This document shows positions 1 through 10,163 of a stretch of 32,000 nucleotides of DNA, one piece after another (position 1 is the stretch's first letter; each line of letters begins with the position of its first letter). The stretch is from contig CAWBAF010000006.1 of the NCBI GenBank assembly GCA_963786735.1, positions 304,566 through 336,565 on the forward strand, written 5' to 3'. The position numbers and the translations under genes were made by a program. The notes under the pieces were generated by a model. The model was not told the DNA's origin. It worked only from the letters and a program-made list of their open reading frames with translations, and ran no database searches. The DNA is from an uncultured beta proteobacterium (GTDB lineage Bacteria; Pseudomonadota; Gammaproteobacteria; Burkholderiales; Nitrosomonadaceae).

Positions 1-1
1 G

Positions 2-205
2 ATACAGGGACAGGAGTGGGAAACGATTCCGAGTTTGCGCATCAATGCAGTTATACCAGGTCCTGTTCGTTCACCCCAGCGATCCAGGACCCATCCGGGC
101 GAAATCAAGCAAAGCTTGAGACAGCCGGAAGATTTGATGCCCGCCTATCTTTACCTGATGGGTCCGGATAGCAAAGCGACGAGCGGCGAGATTCTGTTTT
201 GCTGA
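2..205 (+). CDS. 3' end of a short-chain dehydrogenase/reductase (YciK-like SDR); the 5' end lies outside the window
   Basis: The frame is open from the window edge to TGA at 203-205. Hand translation gives ...INAVIPGPVRSPQRSRTHPGEIKQSLRQPEDLMPAYLYLMGPDSKATSGEILFC*, which resembles the C-terminal segment of YciK-type SDRs. It is absent from the ORF track because no start codon lies in the window. Confidence 0.55.
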   Translation: MQGQEWETIPSLRINAVIPGPVRSPQRSRTHPGEIKQSLRQPEDLMPAYLYLMGPDSKATSGEILFC

Positions 206-296
206 TTTCTCTCGATCGACCGACGCGCCAGCGCAGTTAGGATCGGCTGATGCAGCGAGGAGAAACAGGTATAATGGATTCGCACTAACAAACGGC

Positions 297-381
<85 letters not shown>

Positions 382-472
382 GGGATTGTCAATGGTACCG
401 GTATAACAATGCGGTATTCTTCACAGTCCCTGGCCCCACGCTGCATGATCTTATCAATTGTCAGGAAATTCA

Positions 473-1798
473 ATGGGAGCAAATGTGGAAGAACTTGGCG
501 CACTGGAGCGCCGGCTCGATGTCTCTATTCCCCAAGAGAAAATCAGAACTGAAGTCGAAAGTCGTCTGAAGCGTTTAGCCCGAACCGCGAAAATACATGG
601 TTTTCGGCCTGGGAAGGTTCCGCTGAAAATCGTGCAGCAGCAGTACGGGCCGCAGGTACGCCAGGAGGTGATAGGTGACGAGCTAAAAAAGAACTTCGGT
701 GAAGCTATACGCGAAAAGAACCTCAGAATTGCGGGTTATCCACGCTTTGAACCAAAAAATATCGAGGAGAATGCCTCTGAGTTTGAATTTAGCGCTACGT
801 TCGAGGTCTATCCCGATATAGTTCTGGGTGATCTTAGTTCAACTCGTGTTGAACGGCCAGTGGTTGGCGTAGCCCAAGGTGATATCGATAAGACGATAGA
901 GACCTTGCGAAAGCAACGAGTCCATTATGAGCCTATGGAGCGGCCTGCTGCAAAGGGTGACCGTATTACTATCGATTATCGCGGTACGATTGGCGGGGAA
1001 GAGTTCGGGGGGAGCAAAGCCGAGAATTTTACCTTGGTGCTGGGTGAAGGCAGATTGCTCAAGGATTTCGAGGAACCGCTTGTCGGCATGAGCGCCGGGG
1101 AGAGCAAAACGTTTGAAGTTACTTTTCCCGAGGACTATCATGGTAAAGAGGCTGCAGGCAAGACGGCGGCTTTTGAAGTGAAGTTGCATGAGGTTAAAGC
1201 ACCCCGGGTGCCGGAAGTCGACTCAGAATTTGCGACGTCCTTGGGAATTGTGGACGGCAATATCGAAAAGTTGCGAGAGGAAATTCAAGCCAATCTCGAG
1301 CGGGAAGTATCGAACAGGGTCAGGGCGCGCATGAAGGAACAGGTAATGCAGTCCTTGCTTGAAACCGCTAAAAGCGAGGCGCCTAAAGCATTGGTGGAGA
1401 GTGAGCGCGAACGGCTGATGGATGACGCGCGGCGTGACCTGGCTGCGCGCGGAATGAACAAAGATGTGCCTTTACCTCAGGAGTTGTTTGATGAGCGGGC
1501 ACAACGACGGGTCAACCTCGGCTTGATTCTGGCAGAAGTGGTCAAGCTGCACGGTTTGAAGCCCAAAGCCGAGCAAGTTCGAGCTGTCGTCGAGGATCTT
1601 GCCGAGAGCTATGAAAACCCGGCCGAAGTTGTCAAGTGGCATTATGCAGCCCCGGAGCGGCTTAACGAGGCGGAATCCCTGGCACTGGAAGAGAACGTTG
1701 TCACTTGGGTGCTGGAAAAGGTTACCGTTGAAGATAAGCCGATGACTTTTGACGAATTGATGGGAAGGGCGCGAAATGATTCAGTGGCAGCAGAATAA
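473..1798 (+). CDS. tig: trigger factor (ribosome-associated chaperone/PPIase)
   Basis: It carries the ribosome-binding signature HGFRPGKVP, an FKBP-type middle domain, and sits upstream of clpP-clpX-lon as expected. I prefer the ATG at 473 (AGGA at 463-466, 6 nt spacing) over the TTG at 458 used in the ORF track. Confidence 0.94.
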   Translation: MGANVEELGALERRLDVSIPQEKIRTEVESRLKRLARTAKIHGFRPGKVPLKIVQQQYGPQVRQEVIGDELKKNFGEAIREKNLRIAGYPRFEPKNIEENASEFEFSATFEVYPDIVLGDLSSTRVERPVVGVAQGDIDKTIETLRKQRVHYEPMERPAAKGDRITIDYRGTIGGEEFGGSKAENFTLVLGEGRLLKDFEEPLVGMSAGESKTFEVTFPEDYHGKEAAGKTAAFEVKLHEVKAPRVPEVDSEFATSLGIVDGNIEKLREEIQANLEREVSNRVRARMKEQVMQSLLETAKSEAPKALVESERERLMDDARRDLAARGMNKDVPLPQELFDERAQRRVNLGLILAEVVKLHGLKPKAEQVRAVVEDLAESYENPAEVVKWHYAAPERLNEAESLALEENVVTWVLEKVTVEDKPMTFDELMGRARNDSVAAE

Positions 1799-2411
1799 TC
1801 TCGAACCCCGCGATTTGGGGCTTGTGCCCATGGTTATTGAAACCAGCGGCAGGGGTGAGCGCGCTTACGACATTTATTCACGCTTGCTGAAAGAGCGTGT
1901 GATATTTCTCGTCGGGCCCGTCACCGAGGCATCCGCCAACCTGATTGTGGCCCAACTCCTGTTCCTCGAATCGGAAAACGCGGACAAGGATATCCATTTC
2001 TACATCAATTCACCCGGTGGCCTGGTATCCGCCGGAATGGCCATCTACGATACCATGCAGTATATCAAGCCGGACGTCAGCACGCTTTGCGTCGGCCAGG
2101 CGGCCAGCATGGGTTCCTTATTGCTGGCGGCGGGAGCCAAAGGGAAACGCTTCTGCCTGGCAAACTCACGTATCATGATTCATCAGCCTTTGGGAGGGTT
2201 CCAGGGTCAGGCTTCGGATATTGAGATCCACGCCAGGGAAATCCTTTTCCTGAAAAAACGCCTGAGCGAGCTCATGGCAAACCATTGCGGTCAAAACATG
2301 GAAACGATCGAACGGGATACGGATCGGGATAACTTCATGAGCGGTGACGAGGCTGTTCGCTATGGTCTGGTAGATGCTGTGCTAACCTCTCGAAATCAGG
2401 GCGCGAGTTAA
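1776..2411 (+). CDS. clpP: ATP-dependent Clp protease proteolytic subunit
   Basis: It contains [30 protein letters not shown] and the catalytic Ser context GQAASMGS, His in IMIHQP and Asp in DRDNFM. It overlaps the tig 3' end by 23 nt. Confidence 0.97.
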   Translation: MIQWQQNNLEPRDLGLVPMVIETSGRGERAYDIYSRLLKERVIFLVGPVTEASANLIVAQLLFLESENADKDIHFYINSPGGLVSAGMAIYDTMQYIKPDVSTLCVGQAASMGSLLLAAGAKGKRFCLANSRIMIHQPLGGFQGQASDIEIHAREILFLKKRLSELMANHCGQNMETIERDTDRDNFMSGDEAVRYGLVDAVLTSRNQGAS

Positions 2412-2471
2412 ATATGGGGGATATGAAGTTTACCTTCAGGAGCACGTGCTCATATAACGCGGGATAACACT

Positions 2472-3749
2472 ATGTCAGAGAAAACTGGTGGCGAGAAACT
2501 GCTTTATTGCTCCTTCTGTGGCAAAAGCCAGCATGAGGTAAAAAAGCTTATTGCTGGCCCATCGGTATTCATTTGCGACGAATGTATCGAGCTGTGCAAC
2601 GATATTATTCGTGAGGAAATACAGGGGGCGGAAGCGGCAAAGCTGACAAAGTCGGATTTGCCTGTTCCGCACGAGATTTGCCAGATTCTTGATCAATATG
2701 TGATCGGCCAGGAACAGGCGAAAAAAATTCTCTCCGTCGCTGTATACAATCATTACAAGCGTCTCAGAACCATCAACAAGGCAGGGGAGCCGGATGATAT
2801 CGAGCTGGCGAAAAGCAACATCCTTCTTATTGGGCCGACAGGTTCCGGGAAGACCCTGCTTGCGCAGACGCTTGCGCGCCTGCTCGATGTACCGTTCGTC
2901 ATGGCTGACGCCACAACGCTTACTGAGGCGGGGTACGTAGGCGAGGATGTCGAGAATATCATTCAAAAGCTGCTGCAAAAGTGCAATTATGATGCGGAAA
3001 AGGCTCAGCAGGGCATCGTCTATATTGATGAGATCGACAAGATCTCACGCAAATCGGACAACCCATCGATTACACGCGATGTCTCCGGAGAAGGCGTGCA
3101 GCAGGCATTGCTGAAACTGATCGAAGGAACAGTAGCATCGGTGCCGCCCCAGGGTGGCAGAAAACATCCCAATCAGGAATTTGTACAGGTCGACACTACC
3201 AATATTCTTTTCATTTGCGGGGGTGCGTTTGATGGACTGGATAAGATCATTAGAGCCCGCTCGGAAAAGGGAGGAATAGGTTTCAATGCGAGCGTGAGGA
3301 CGCAGGACAACCGCAAGGACTTCGGTGTATTGCTTAAGGGCGTGGAGCCGGAGGATCTGGTCAAGTATGGCCTCATCCCTGAGTTCGTCGGCCGCCTGCC
3401 AGTCGTCGCGACGCTGGAAGAGCTGGGAGAAGCAGCCTTGATCCAGATCTTGACCGAGCCGAAGAATGCGCTTGTTAAACAGTACCAGAAAATGTTCAGC
3501 ATGGAAGGCGGAGTAGACCTCGAATTTCGGGAACAGGCGCTTAGAGCGATCGCGAGGAAGGCACTCGCGCGCAAAACCGGTGCTCGCGGATTGCGTTCCA
3601 TTCTTGAAAACACGTTGCTCGACACGATGTTCGACCTACCATCCCTTGAAAACGTTGCCAAAGTCGTGATTGATTACGGCTCTGTCAATGGCGACATCAA
3701 ACCTATCCTGATCTATTCAGATAAGCCCAAGGTGGCCAAGAGCTTTTAG
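2472..3749 (+). CDS. clpX: ATP-dependent Clp protease ATP-binding subunit ClpX
   Basis: The N-terminal zinc-binding domain reads CSFCGK...CDECIELC. Walker A is GPTGSGKT, Walker B is IVYIDEIDK, and the sensor region TGARGLRS is present. Confidence 0.98.
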   Translation: MSEKTGGEKLLYCSFCGKSQHEVKKLIAGPSVFICDECIELCNDIIREEIQGAEAAKLTKSDLPVPHEICQILDQYVIGQEQAKKILSVAVYNHYKRLRTINKAGEPDDIELAKSNILLIGPTGSGKTLLAQTLARLLDVPFVMADATTLTEAGYVGEDVENIIQKLLQKCNYDAEKAQQGIVYIDEIDKISRKSDNPSITRDVSGEGVQQALLKLIEGTVASVPPQGGRKHPNQEFVQVDTTNILFICGGAFDGLDKIIRARSEKGGIGFNASVRTQDNRKDFGVLLKGVEPEDLVKYGLIPEFVGRLPVVATLEELGEAALIQILTEPKNALVKQYQKMFSMEGGVDLEFREQALRAIARKALARKTGARGLRSILENTLLDTMFDLPSLENVAKVVIDYGSVNGDIKPILIYSDKPKVAKSF

Positions 3750-3775
3750 CTCAAGTTTCAGGTTCTTCGATTCTC

Positions 3776-3804
3776 CTTGATTTTTCAAGGCAGCGTCCCC
3801 ATAA
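3776..3804 (+). promoter_or_regulatory. candidate sigma32 (RpoH) heat-shock promoter for lon
   Basis: CTTGATT (3776-3782), a 14 nt spacer, then CCCCATAA (3797-3804), compared with the consensus CTTGAAA-N13-15-CCCCATnT. The -35 element lies in a CCTTGA-tttt-TCAAGG inverted repeat at 3775-3790. Confidence 0.5.
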
Positions 3805-3814
3805 CCTTTGCTTG

Positions 3815-3848
3815 TCTTTTTACAGGTGAGTCTTTTTACAGGTGAGTC
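3815..3848 (+). repeat. perfect 16-bp tandem duplication (TCTTTTTACAGGTGAG x2, plus TC) in the lon leader
   Basis: Copies at 3815-3830 and 3831-3846 are identical. Each contains AGGTGA, and the second copy serves as the Shine-Dalgarno for the ATG at 3851. Confidence 0.9.
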
Positions 3849-3850
3849 AA

Positions 3851-6262
3851 ATGCCCTCTCCAGTCAGTGATTCCAACCAGGTTTCCTTACCATTACTGCC
3901 GCTTCGGGACGTCGTCGTTTTCCCGCACATGGTAATTCCTCTTTTCGTCGGACGTCCTAAATCCATTAAGGCCCTAGAAGTCGCGATGGAGTCTGGCAAG
4001 ACTATTTTGCTGGTCGCCCAAAAATTCGCGGCTAAGGATGAGCCAGGTCCGGAAGATCTCTACAATGTGTGCAGTGTTGCGAATCTGCTGCAAATGCTCA
4101 AATTGCCTGACGGCACGGTTAAGGTGCTGGTGGAAGGCAGCCGCCGAGCACGAATCGTGAACGTGGTTGACGACGGGAGCTACTTTTCCGGACAGGCAGC
4201 CATGATTCCCCCTGATGCCGCCGATAATCATGAGATCGAGGCCATGCGTCGGGCAACACTGGCGCAATTCGACCAATATGTGAAGCTCAACAAGAAGATT
4301 CCGCCGGAGGTACTTACCTCGCTCAGCGGAATTGATGAAGCCGGACGTCTGGCGGATACCATAGCAGCACATCTGCCGCTCAAGCTCGAGCAAAAGCAGG
4401 AAGTGCTGGAAATTTTCGAAGTGCCAAAGCGCCTGGAACACTTGCTCGGCTTGCTGGAAACTGAACTCGACATACTTCAGGTGGAAAAGCGCATTCGCGG
4501 AAGAGTCAAGCGACAGATGGAAAAAAGCCAGCGAGACTACTACCTCAACGAACAGGTGAAAGCCATTCAGAAGGAGTTGGGGGAGGGTGAAGATGGCGCC
4601 GATCTGGAAGAGATCGACAAGAAAATCAAGGCTGCTCAGATGTCCAAGGAAGGACGCGCGAAGGCAGAAGCAGAACTCAAAAAATTACGCTTGATGTCGC
4701 CTATGTCTGCCGAAGCCACCGTGGTGCGTAATTATATTGATGCGCTGATAGCCTTGCCATGGAAGAAGAAGAGCAAGATCAGCAAAGATCTGCACTTGGC
4801 CGAATCGGTTTTGGAACAGGATCATTATGGCCTCGAAAAAGTAAAGGAACGTATCGTCGAGTATCTGGCTGTGCAACAGCGGGTCGATAAACTGAAGGCG
4901 CCGATTCTTTGCCTGGTCGGCCCCCCTGGAGTAGGGAAGACCTCGCTCGGTCAATCGATTGCGCGTGCCACGAACCGAAAATTTGTACGCATGTCTCTGG
5001 GCGGTGTTCGCGACGAGGCCGAGGTTCGTGGACACCGTCGCACCTACATCGGCTCAATGCCTGGCAAGATTCTCCAGAACATGACCAAGGTGGGCGTCAA
5101 GAATCCGCTATTCCTGCTGGATGAAGTCGACAAGATGGGTATGGACTTCCGTGGCGATCCATCATCTGCGCTATTGGAGGTGCTTGATCCGGAGCAGAAC
5201 CATTCCTTCGTCGACCATTATGTCGAGGTCGAGTATGATTTGTCCGACGTCATGTTTGTCGCGACGGCCAATACGCTGAACATTCCTCCTGCGCTTCTGG
5301 ATCGGATGGAAGTGATAAGACTGTCGGGCTATACCGAAGATGAGAAGCTTAATATTGCTACCCGTTACCTATTGCCGAAGCAGATAAAAAACCATGGCTT
5401 GGAAGAAAGCGAATTGACGGTTTCTGAATCCGGCTTGAGAGACATTACTCGTTATTACACCCGGGAGGCGGGTGTACGCGCGCTCGAGCGCGAGATTTCC
5501 AAGATATGCCGGAAAGTAGTGAAAGCGCTGCTATTGAAACGGGATCAGAAGAAGATCGTCGTTAGCGGTCGAAATCTTGATAAATATCTGGGCGTCCGGC
5601 GTTACACCTATGGGATTGCGGAGGAGAAAAATCAGGTCGGACAAGTGACCGGTCTCGCGTGGACAGAAGTGGGCGGGGAATTGCTGACGATTGAAGCTGT
5701 CGTGCTGCCTGGCAAAGGAAAGACCATTACAACCGGGAAGCTCGGAGAAGTGATGCAGGAATCGGTTCAGGCAGCGCTGTCGGTAGTTCGCAGCCGCTCA
5801 AGGGCACTAGGCATCGCGGATGATTTTTACCAAAAGAACGATATACATATCCATTTACCGGAAGGCGCTACGCCCAAGGATGGGCCTAGCGCTGGCATTG
5901 GAATTTGTACTGCGATGGTGTCGGCCCTGACGGGAATTGCGGCGCGAGCCGACGTGGCAATGACCGGCGAAATAACGCTGCGTGGAGAAGTATTGCCCAT
6001 CGGCGGGCTTAAGGAAAAACTGCTTGCCGCGAATCGCGGCGGAATAAAGACAGTTCTGATTCCCGAGGATAATGTCAAGGATCTGACGGAAATCCCCGAG
6101 AATATTAAAAACCGCCTGGATATTCATCCCGTCAAATGGATCGACCAGGTGCTGGGCATGGCGTTGGAGCGCAAGCCGGAAGCCCTTCCCGAGACTCCTC
6201 CGGCGGTGCCTGCGCCTGTCAACGTGGAGGGAGATGCAACAGGTACGGTTATCAAGCACTAG
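3851..6262 (+). CDS. lon: ATP-dependent Lon protease
   Basis: It has a LON N-terminal domain, Walker A GPPGVGKTS, the catalytic Ser in PKDGPSAGI and Lys in GGLKEK. The ATG at 3851 has AGGTGA 5 nt upstream, whereas the track's GTG at 3842 lies inside that SD. Confidence 0.97.
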   Translation: MPSPVSDSNQVSLPLLPLRDVVVFPHMVIPLFVGRPKSIKALEVAMESGKTILLVAQKFAAKDEPGPEDLYNVCSVANLLQMLKLPDGTVKVLVEGSRRARIVNVVDDGSYFSGQAAMIPPDAADNHEIEAMRRATLAQFDQYVKLNKKIPPEVLTSLSGIDEAGRLADTIAAHLPLKLEQKQEVLEIFEVPKRLEHLLGLLETELDILQVEKRIRGRVKRQMEKSQRDYYLNEQVKAIQKELGEGEDGADLEEIDKKIKAAQMSKEGRAKAEAELKKLRLMSPMSAEATVVRNYIDALIALPWKKKSKISKDLHLAESVLEQDHYGLEKVKERIVEYLAVQQRVDKLKAPILCLVGPPGVGKTSLGQSIARATNRKFVRMSLGGVRDEAEVRGHRRTYIGSMPGKILQNMTKVGVKNPLFLLDEVDKMGMDFRGDPSSALLEVLDPEQNHSFVDHYVEVEYDLSDVMFVATANTLNIPPALLDRMEVIRLSGYTEDEKLNIATRYLLPKQIKNHGLEESELTVSESGLRDITRYYTREAGVRALEREISKICRKVVKALLLKRDQKKIVVSGRNLDKYLGVRRYTYGIAEEKNQVGQVTGLAWTEVGGELLTIEAVVLPGKGKTITTGKLGEVMQESVQAALSVVRSRSRALGIADDFYQKNDIHIHLPEGATPKDGPSAGIGICTAMVSALTGIAARADVAMTGEITLRGEVLPIGGLKEKLLAANRGGIKTVLIPEDNVKDLTEIPENIKNRLDIHPVKWIDQVLGMALERKPEALPETPPAVPAPVNVEGDATGTVIKH

Positions 6263-6352
6263 CAATACTGGAGAGGAGACCGCAAGGACAGGAAGGTGTA
6301 AATGTCTGTTGCGTTTCCACCACAGGCGCGAGCCATTCACTGACTGGCATGT

Positions 6353-6373
6353 GACCGGCTGAACGGGCCGGTC
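6353..6373 (+). terminator. weak terminator-like hairpin downstream of lon
   Basis: GACCGGC-tgaacgg-GCCGGTC forms a 7-bp stem but is followed by only TT, so there is no proper U-tract. Confidence 0.25.
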
Positions 6374-6641
6374 TTCGAACTATTCCCGGCCCGTGGTTCC
6401 TCATCTCGAACGACGCAACCAGGGGCCGCCAGCCAGCCTGGCTGCACCCCCTTCGCCCGCCACATATTCCCGGATGCTGTTTGTTGTTTATGTGCGCTTC
6501 GGCGCTATATACTATAGCCCATTCCGCGCGTATTGCCCGATAGTCCGGAAAATCACTTCAGTATGCTGCGTGCCAGCTAGATGCGTGCGTTTGGGGGCGT
6601 ACGAGAGCACTGCGGACGTTTTTAAATATTTGCACAATTGC

Positions 6642-6670
6642 TTGACCAAGCCCAAGTGGCTTGATATAAA
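6642..6670 (+). promoter_or_regulatory. candidate sigma70 promoter for hupB
   Basis: TTGACC (6642-6647), a 17 nt spacer, then TATAAA (6665-6670) with an extended -10 TG at 6662-6663. It lies about 55 nt upstream of the hupB start. Confidence 0.55.
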
Positions 6671-6723
6671 ACCAATTGCAGGGTTTTTTGGAGCTCTCTC
6701 TACAATAACGAAAGGGGAATCAC

Positions 6724-6996
6724 GTGAATAAATCTGAACTGATCGATGCCATTGCAAAGTCTTCCGACATTTCCAAAGCGTCTGCAAGCAATGCTCTGGA
6801 TGGAGCGCTGACCGCAATAAAAAACGCATTAAAAAAAGGGCAAACTGTAACACTGGTCGGATTTGGAACTTTCAGGGTTGGCAAGCGAGCAGCCCGCACC
6901 GGTCGTAATCCCCGGACCGGTGCCGCCATCAAGATTGAATCAGCAAATGTTCCCAAGTTTACTGCTGGCAAGGCGCTCAAGGATGCAGTAAACTAG
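6724..6996 (+). CDS. hupB: DNA-binding protein HU-beta
   Basis: The sequence [11 protein letters not shown]...[21 protein letters not shown]...[13 protein letters not shown] is a typical 90-aa HU. It uses a GTG start preceded by AAAGGGGA. Confidence 0.95.
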   Translation: MNKSELIDAIAKSSDISKASASNALDGALTAIKNALKKGQTVTLVGFGTFRVGKRAARTGRNPRTGAAIKIESANVPKFTAGKALKDAVN

Positions 6997-7008
6997 TGCG
7001 CTTTTGAC

Positions 7009-7084
7009 GGGTGCTTAGCTCAGTTGGTAGAGCGTCGCCCTTACAAGGCGAATGTCGGCGGTTCGACCCCGTCAGCACCCACCA
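7009..7084 (+). tRNA. tRNA-Val (anticodon UAC)
   Basis: The acceptor is GGGTGCT/AGCACCC, the anticodon stem is TCGCC/GGCGA with loop CTTACAA, the T-arm is GGTTCGA, and CCA is encoded. Confidence 0.94.
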
Positions 7085-7108
7085 CCAGTAGGATAGCTTG
7101 AATTTGCT

Positions 7109-7185
7109 GGAGTGGTAGTTCAGTTGGTTAGAATACCGGCCTGTCACGCCGGGGGTCGCGGGTTCGAGTCCCGTCCACTCCGCCA
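7109..7185 (+). tRNA. tRNA-Asp (anticodon GUC)
   Basis: The acceptor is GGAGTGG/CCACTCC, the anticodon stem is CCGGC/GCCGG with loop CTGTCAC, the T-arm is GGTTCGAGTCC, and CCA is encoded. Confidence 0.94.
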
Positions 7186-7202
7186 GCTTTCACGTTGAAC
7201 CA

Positions 7203-7227
7203 GGCGAACGTAAGTTCGCCTTTTTTT
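7203..7227 (+). terminator. Rho-independent terminator after the tRNA-Val/tRNA-Asp pair
   Basis: GGCGAAC-gtaa-GTTCGCC forms a perfect 7-bp stem and is followed by TTTTTTT. Confidence 0.85.
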
Positions 7228-7249
7228 ATTCGCTCTCTTAATTTCTGCA

Positions 7250-9139
7250 ATGTTTGATTTTGTTCATAAAAAAAGACGCATAGTCCAGATTATCCTCGGT
7301 CTTGCTACGCTGCCATTTCTGTTCTGGGGCATTGAATCGTACCGCAACGCGGGGGGTGACGATTATGTGGCGTTAGCAGCAGGAGAGAAAATTTCACGAC
7401 AGGAATTCGAACAGGCGCTTCGCAATCAACAGGAAAGCATGCGGTCAACGATGGGAGAGAGGTTTGATGAAGCCTTGCTGGAAAGGCCTGAAGTGCGCGC
7501 GGCGGTACTGGATGGATTGATTCAGCAGCGTCTGCTGAAGCAGGAGGCAGACCGCGTCGGGCTCACGGTTTCAGATCCCCAGTTGATAGAAATGATTCAG
7601 AACATCTCGGCTTTCCAGGAGGATGGAAAATTCTCCAAGAAACGGTACGAAGAATTGCTAAAGGGCCAGGGGATGAGCCCACGAGCTTTCGAAGCGCGTG
7701 TTCGTCAGGAACTTACGCGGCAGCAGCTCATTGCGCCATACGGGGAACACGGTTTTGTTCCGGGTTCGGTCACCGAGAAAATAATGAGACTGAGCGAAGA
7801 GAAGCGGGAGATCAGCCTGGCAAAAGTACAGCCGGAGCAATTTTTATCCCAGGTGAAACCCGATGACAACGCTATCAAAGCATATTATGAGCGTCACCAG
7901 GCCGAGTTCCAGTTGCCCGAGCAGGTTCGCGTTGAATATGTTGTGCTGTCACTCGATGATCTGGCCAAACAGGTGGTGGTCACCGACAATGAGGCTGAAA
8001 AATATTTTGACGAGCATAGGGGCGAATTTGAACAGGCAGAGGAGCGGCGTGCAAGCCACATTCTGATAAGCGCGCCGGAAAGCGCGCCAGAGGCAGAGAA
8101 GTCTGCTGCGCGCGCGAAAGCTGAGCAATTACTGGCGGAAATAAGACAAGCCCCTCAGAATTTCGAAAAATTTGCCAAGGAGCATTCACAGGACCCTGGC
8201 ACAGCAGAGAAAGGCGGCGATCTCGGGTTTTTTTCCCGAAATATGATGGTCAAGTCGTTTGAGGATGCGGTTTTTCAGATGAAATTGAACGAAATCAGTG
8301 ACGTGGTCGAGACAAACCACGGATTTCACATCATCAGGCTTACTGGGATAAAAGCGGGAAAACCAGTGAATTTGAGCGAAGTGAAAGTTCGGGTGGAGGA
8401 GGAGATCAAGAAACAAAAAGCGAGAAAGCTCTTTGACGAAATGGCAGAAGGCTTCAGCAATACGGTTTACGAACAGAGCGACAGCCTGAAGCCCGCTGCG
8501 GAGAAGTTTAACCTGGCTCTTCATCGAAGCGACTGGATTGGAAAAAAAGGCGGCCAACCCCCCTACTTCAGCAATGCAAGACTACTCCAGGCGGTGTTTT
8601 CGGAGGACGCGATCAAGAACAAGCATAATACCGAAGCCGTTGAAGTTGCCCCGAATACTCTTGTCGCAGCAAGGGTGCTGGATTACCGGCCTGCATCGAC
8701 ACCTTCCCTTGCCGAGCTGAAGGACAAGATTAGCGCCTTGGTAACGCGCCAGGAGGCTGCCAGCGCCGCAGTGAGGGAAGGTAAGGACAAGCTTGCGCAG
8801 CTCCGCGAAAACAAGGCAGCAGGTGTTTCCTGGAGTCCTGCCCAACAAGTTTCCCGCCGGGATCCTCAGGGCCTTGATATGGAAACGCTCCGAGCCGTGT
8901 TCAGCGCCGACATGAGCCGCTTGCCAGCTTTTGTCGGACTGCCCAATTTCGAAGGAGGCTTTACCCTTATTCGTATCAGTAAGGTTATCGAGCCTATCCT
9001 CCCGGATACGGCTGCACGCAAGGCTTTTGGCAAACAATTACAGCAGCTTCTCACCCAGGAAGAACTTGCGTCTTATCTCGCAGATATCAGGAAGAGATAT
9101 GACGTATCTGTAAAAGCTGAAAACCTGGAGCGGAAGTGA
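7250..9139 (+). CDS. ppiD: periplasmic chaperone / peptidyl-prolyl isomerase PpiD
   Basis: It has an N-terminal membrane anchor (IVQIILGLATLPFLFWGI), a SurA-like N domain and a parvulin domain (ASHILI...GGDLGFF...GFHIIRL). Its position after hupB matches conserved synteny. Confidence 0.9.
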   Translation: MFDFVHKKRRIVQIILGLATLPFLFWGIESYRNAGGDDYVALAAGEKISRQEFEQALRNQQESMRSTMGERFDEALLERPEVRAAVLDGLIQQRLLKQEADRVGLTVSDPQLIEMIQNISAFQEDGKFSKKRYEELLKGQGMSPRAFEARVRQELTRQQLIAPYGEHGFVPGSVTEKIMRLSEEKREISLAKVQPEQFLSQVKPDDNAIKAYYERHQAEFQLPEQVRVEYVVLSLDDLAKQVVVTDNEAEKYFDEHRGEFEQAEERRASHILISAPESAPEAEKSAARAKAEQLLAEIRQAPQNFEKFAKEHSQDPGTAEKGGDLGFFSRNMMVKSFEDAVFQMKLNEISDVVETNHGFHIIRLTGIKAGKPVNLSEVKVRVEEEIKKQKARKLFDEMAEGFSNTVYEQSDSLKPAAEKFNLALHRSDWIGKKGGQPPYFSNARLLQAVFSEDAIKNKHNTEAVEVAPNTLVAARVLDYRPASTPSLAELKDKISALVTRQEAASAAVREGKDKLAQLRENKAAGVSWSPAQQVSRRDPQGLDMETLRAVFSADMSRLPAFVGLPNFEGGFTLIRISKVIEPILPDTAARKAFGKQLQQLLTQEELASYLADIRKRYDVSVKAENLERK

Positions 9140-9187
9140 ACAGTTCCCGGTGACAGCGGCTCAGAGACAGTAATGGATAAATGGGCC

Positions 9188-9976
9188 TCAGGCTTCGATT
9201 ACGTCGAATGCGACGGTATTGAACCCGGCGTCCACGTGGGTTATTTCACCGGTAACGCCGCTCGCCAGGTCACTGCAGAGAAAAGCTGCGACATTGCCCA
9301 CTTCTAGAATAGAGACATTACGACGTAACGGAGCTACTCTTTCCGTGTAGCCAAGCAATTTACCGAAGTTGGCAATTCCTGAGGCGGCCAGGGTCTTGAT
9401 AGGGCCGGCGGAAATCGCATTGACCCGGATTCCCTTGGGCCCCAGGCTGGACGCCATAAACCGGACGTTTGCTTCGAGACTCGCTTTGGCCAACCCCATC
9501 ACGTTGTAACTAGGCATGACTCGAACCGAGCCAAGATATGTAAGGGTCAGAAGCGAGCCGTTACGACCTTCCATCATGGGGATTCCAGCTTTTGCCAGAG
9601 CAGCAAAGCTGTAAGAACTGACATCGTGCGCGATTCGAAAAGCCTCGCGATTTACACTCTCAAGGAAATCCCCGCTCAGCGCCTCACGCGGTGCGTAGGC
9701 AATCGAATGAACAATCCCGTCGAGACCATTCCAATGCTTTCCCAAGTCCTCGAAACAACGGGTAATCTCAGCGTCACTCGAAACATCGCACGGGAACAGG
9801 AGATCGCTGCCGAATTCCGCAACTGTTTTTGCGACTCGCTCCCGCAGACCTTCGCCTTGATAAGTAAAGGCAAGTTCCGCGCCTTCCCGCCGCATCGCTT
9901 TCGCGATGCCATAAGCGATGGAACGATTGCTGAGCAAACCGGTGATAAGGATGCGTTTGCCGGCAAGTAAACCCAT
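9188..9976 (-). CDS. fabI: enoyl-[acyl-carrier-protein] reductase (NADH)
   Basis: It begins [12 protein letters not shown], contains the Y-x6-K motif in [13 protein letters not shown], and is 262 aa, typical of FabI. Confidence 0.95.
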   Translation of the reverse strand: MGLLAGKRILITGLLSNRSIAYGIAKAMRREGAELAFTYQGEGLRERVAKTVAEFGSDLLFPCDVSSDAEITRCFEDLGKHWNGLDGIVHSIAYAPREALSGDFLESVNREAFRIAHDVSSYSFAALAKAGIPMMEGRNGSLLTLTYLGSVRVMPSYNVMGLAKASLEANVRFMASSLGPKGIRVNAISAGPIKTLAASGIANFGKLLGYTERVAPLRRNVSILEVGNVAAFLCSDLASGVTGEITHVDAGFNTVAFDVIEA

Positions 9977-10163
9977 GCGAATTCCTTTAAAAGTAAACGT
10001 GTAATTATAGCCACAAGTAAGAAGCTATAAAATCGCAATATCGATGGCGCCTTGCTGGAACCTCAGGGCGTACATTGACTCCAAATGTTTCCAGTCTTCC
10101 GATTTACTTAAAACGTTCAGTCTTCGGTGCGTCCCTTGATATCCTGTCCTTACCTCTTCTTTA

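Noticed and set aside
458-472. Track start codons for tig (TTG 458), lon (GTG 3842), prfC (ATG 17060) and argH (TTG 18781)
   Set aside because: In each case a downstream ATG has a properly spaced SD and gives an N-terminus and length typical of the family. The upstream extensions look non-homologous. These are judgement calls rather than certainties.
2440-2451. 12-bp perfect palindrome GAGCACGTGCTC between clpP and clpX
   Set aside because: It is a single short palindrome in a 60-nt spacer with no U-tract or partner site. There is nothing to distinguish it from chance.
6393-6853. 112-aa plus-strand and 113-aa minus-strand ORFs between lon and hupB
   Set aside because: They overlap the hupB promoter or coding region, have no motifs, and the base composition changes within them.
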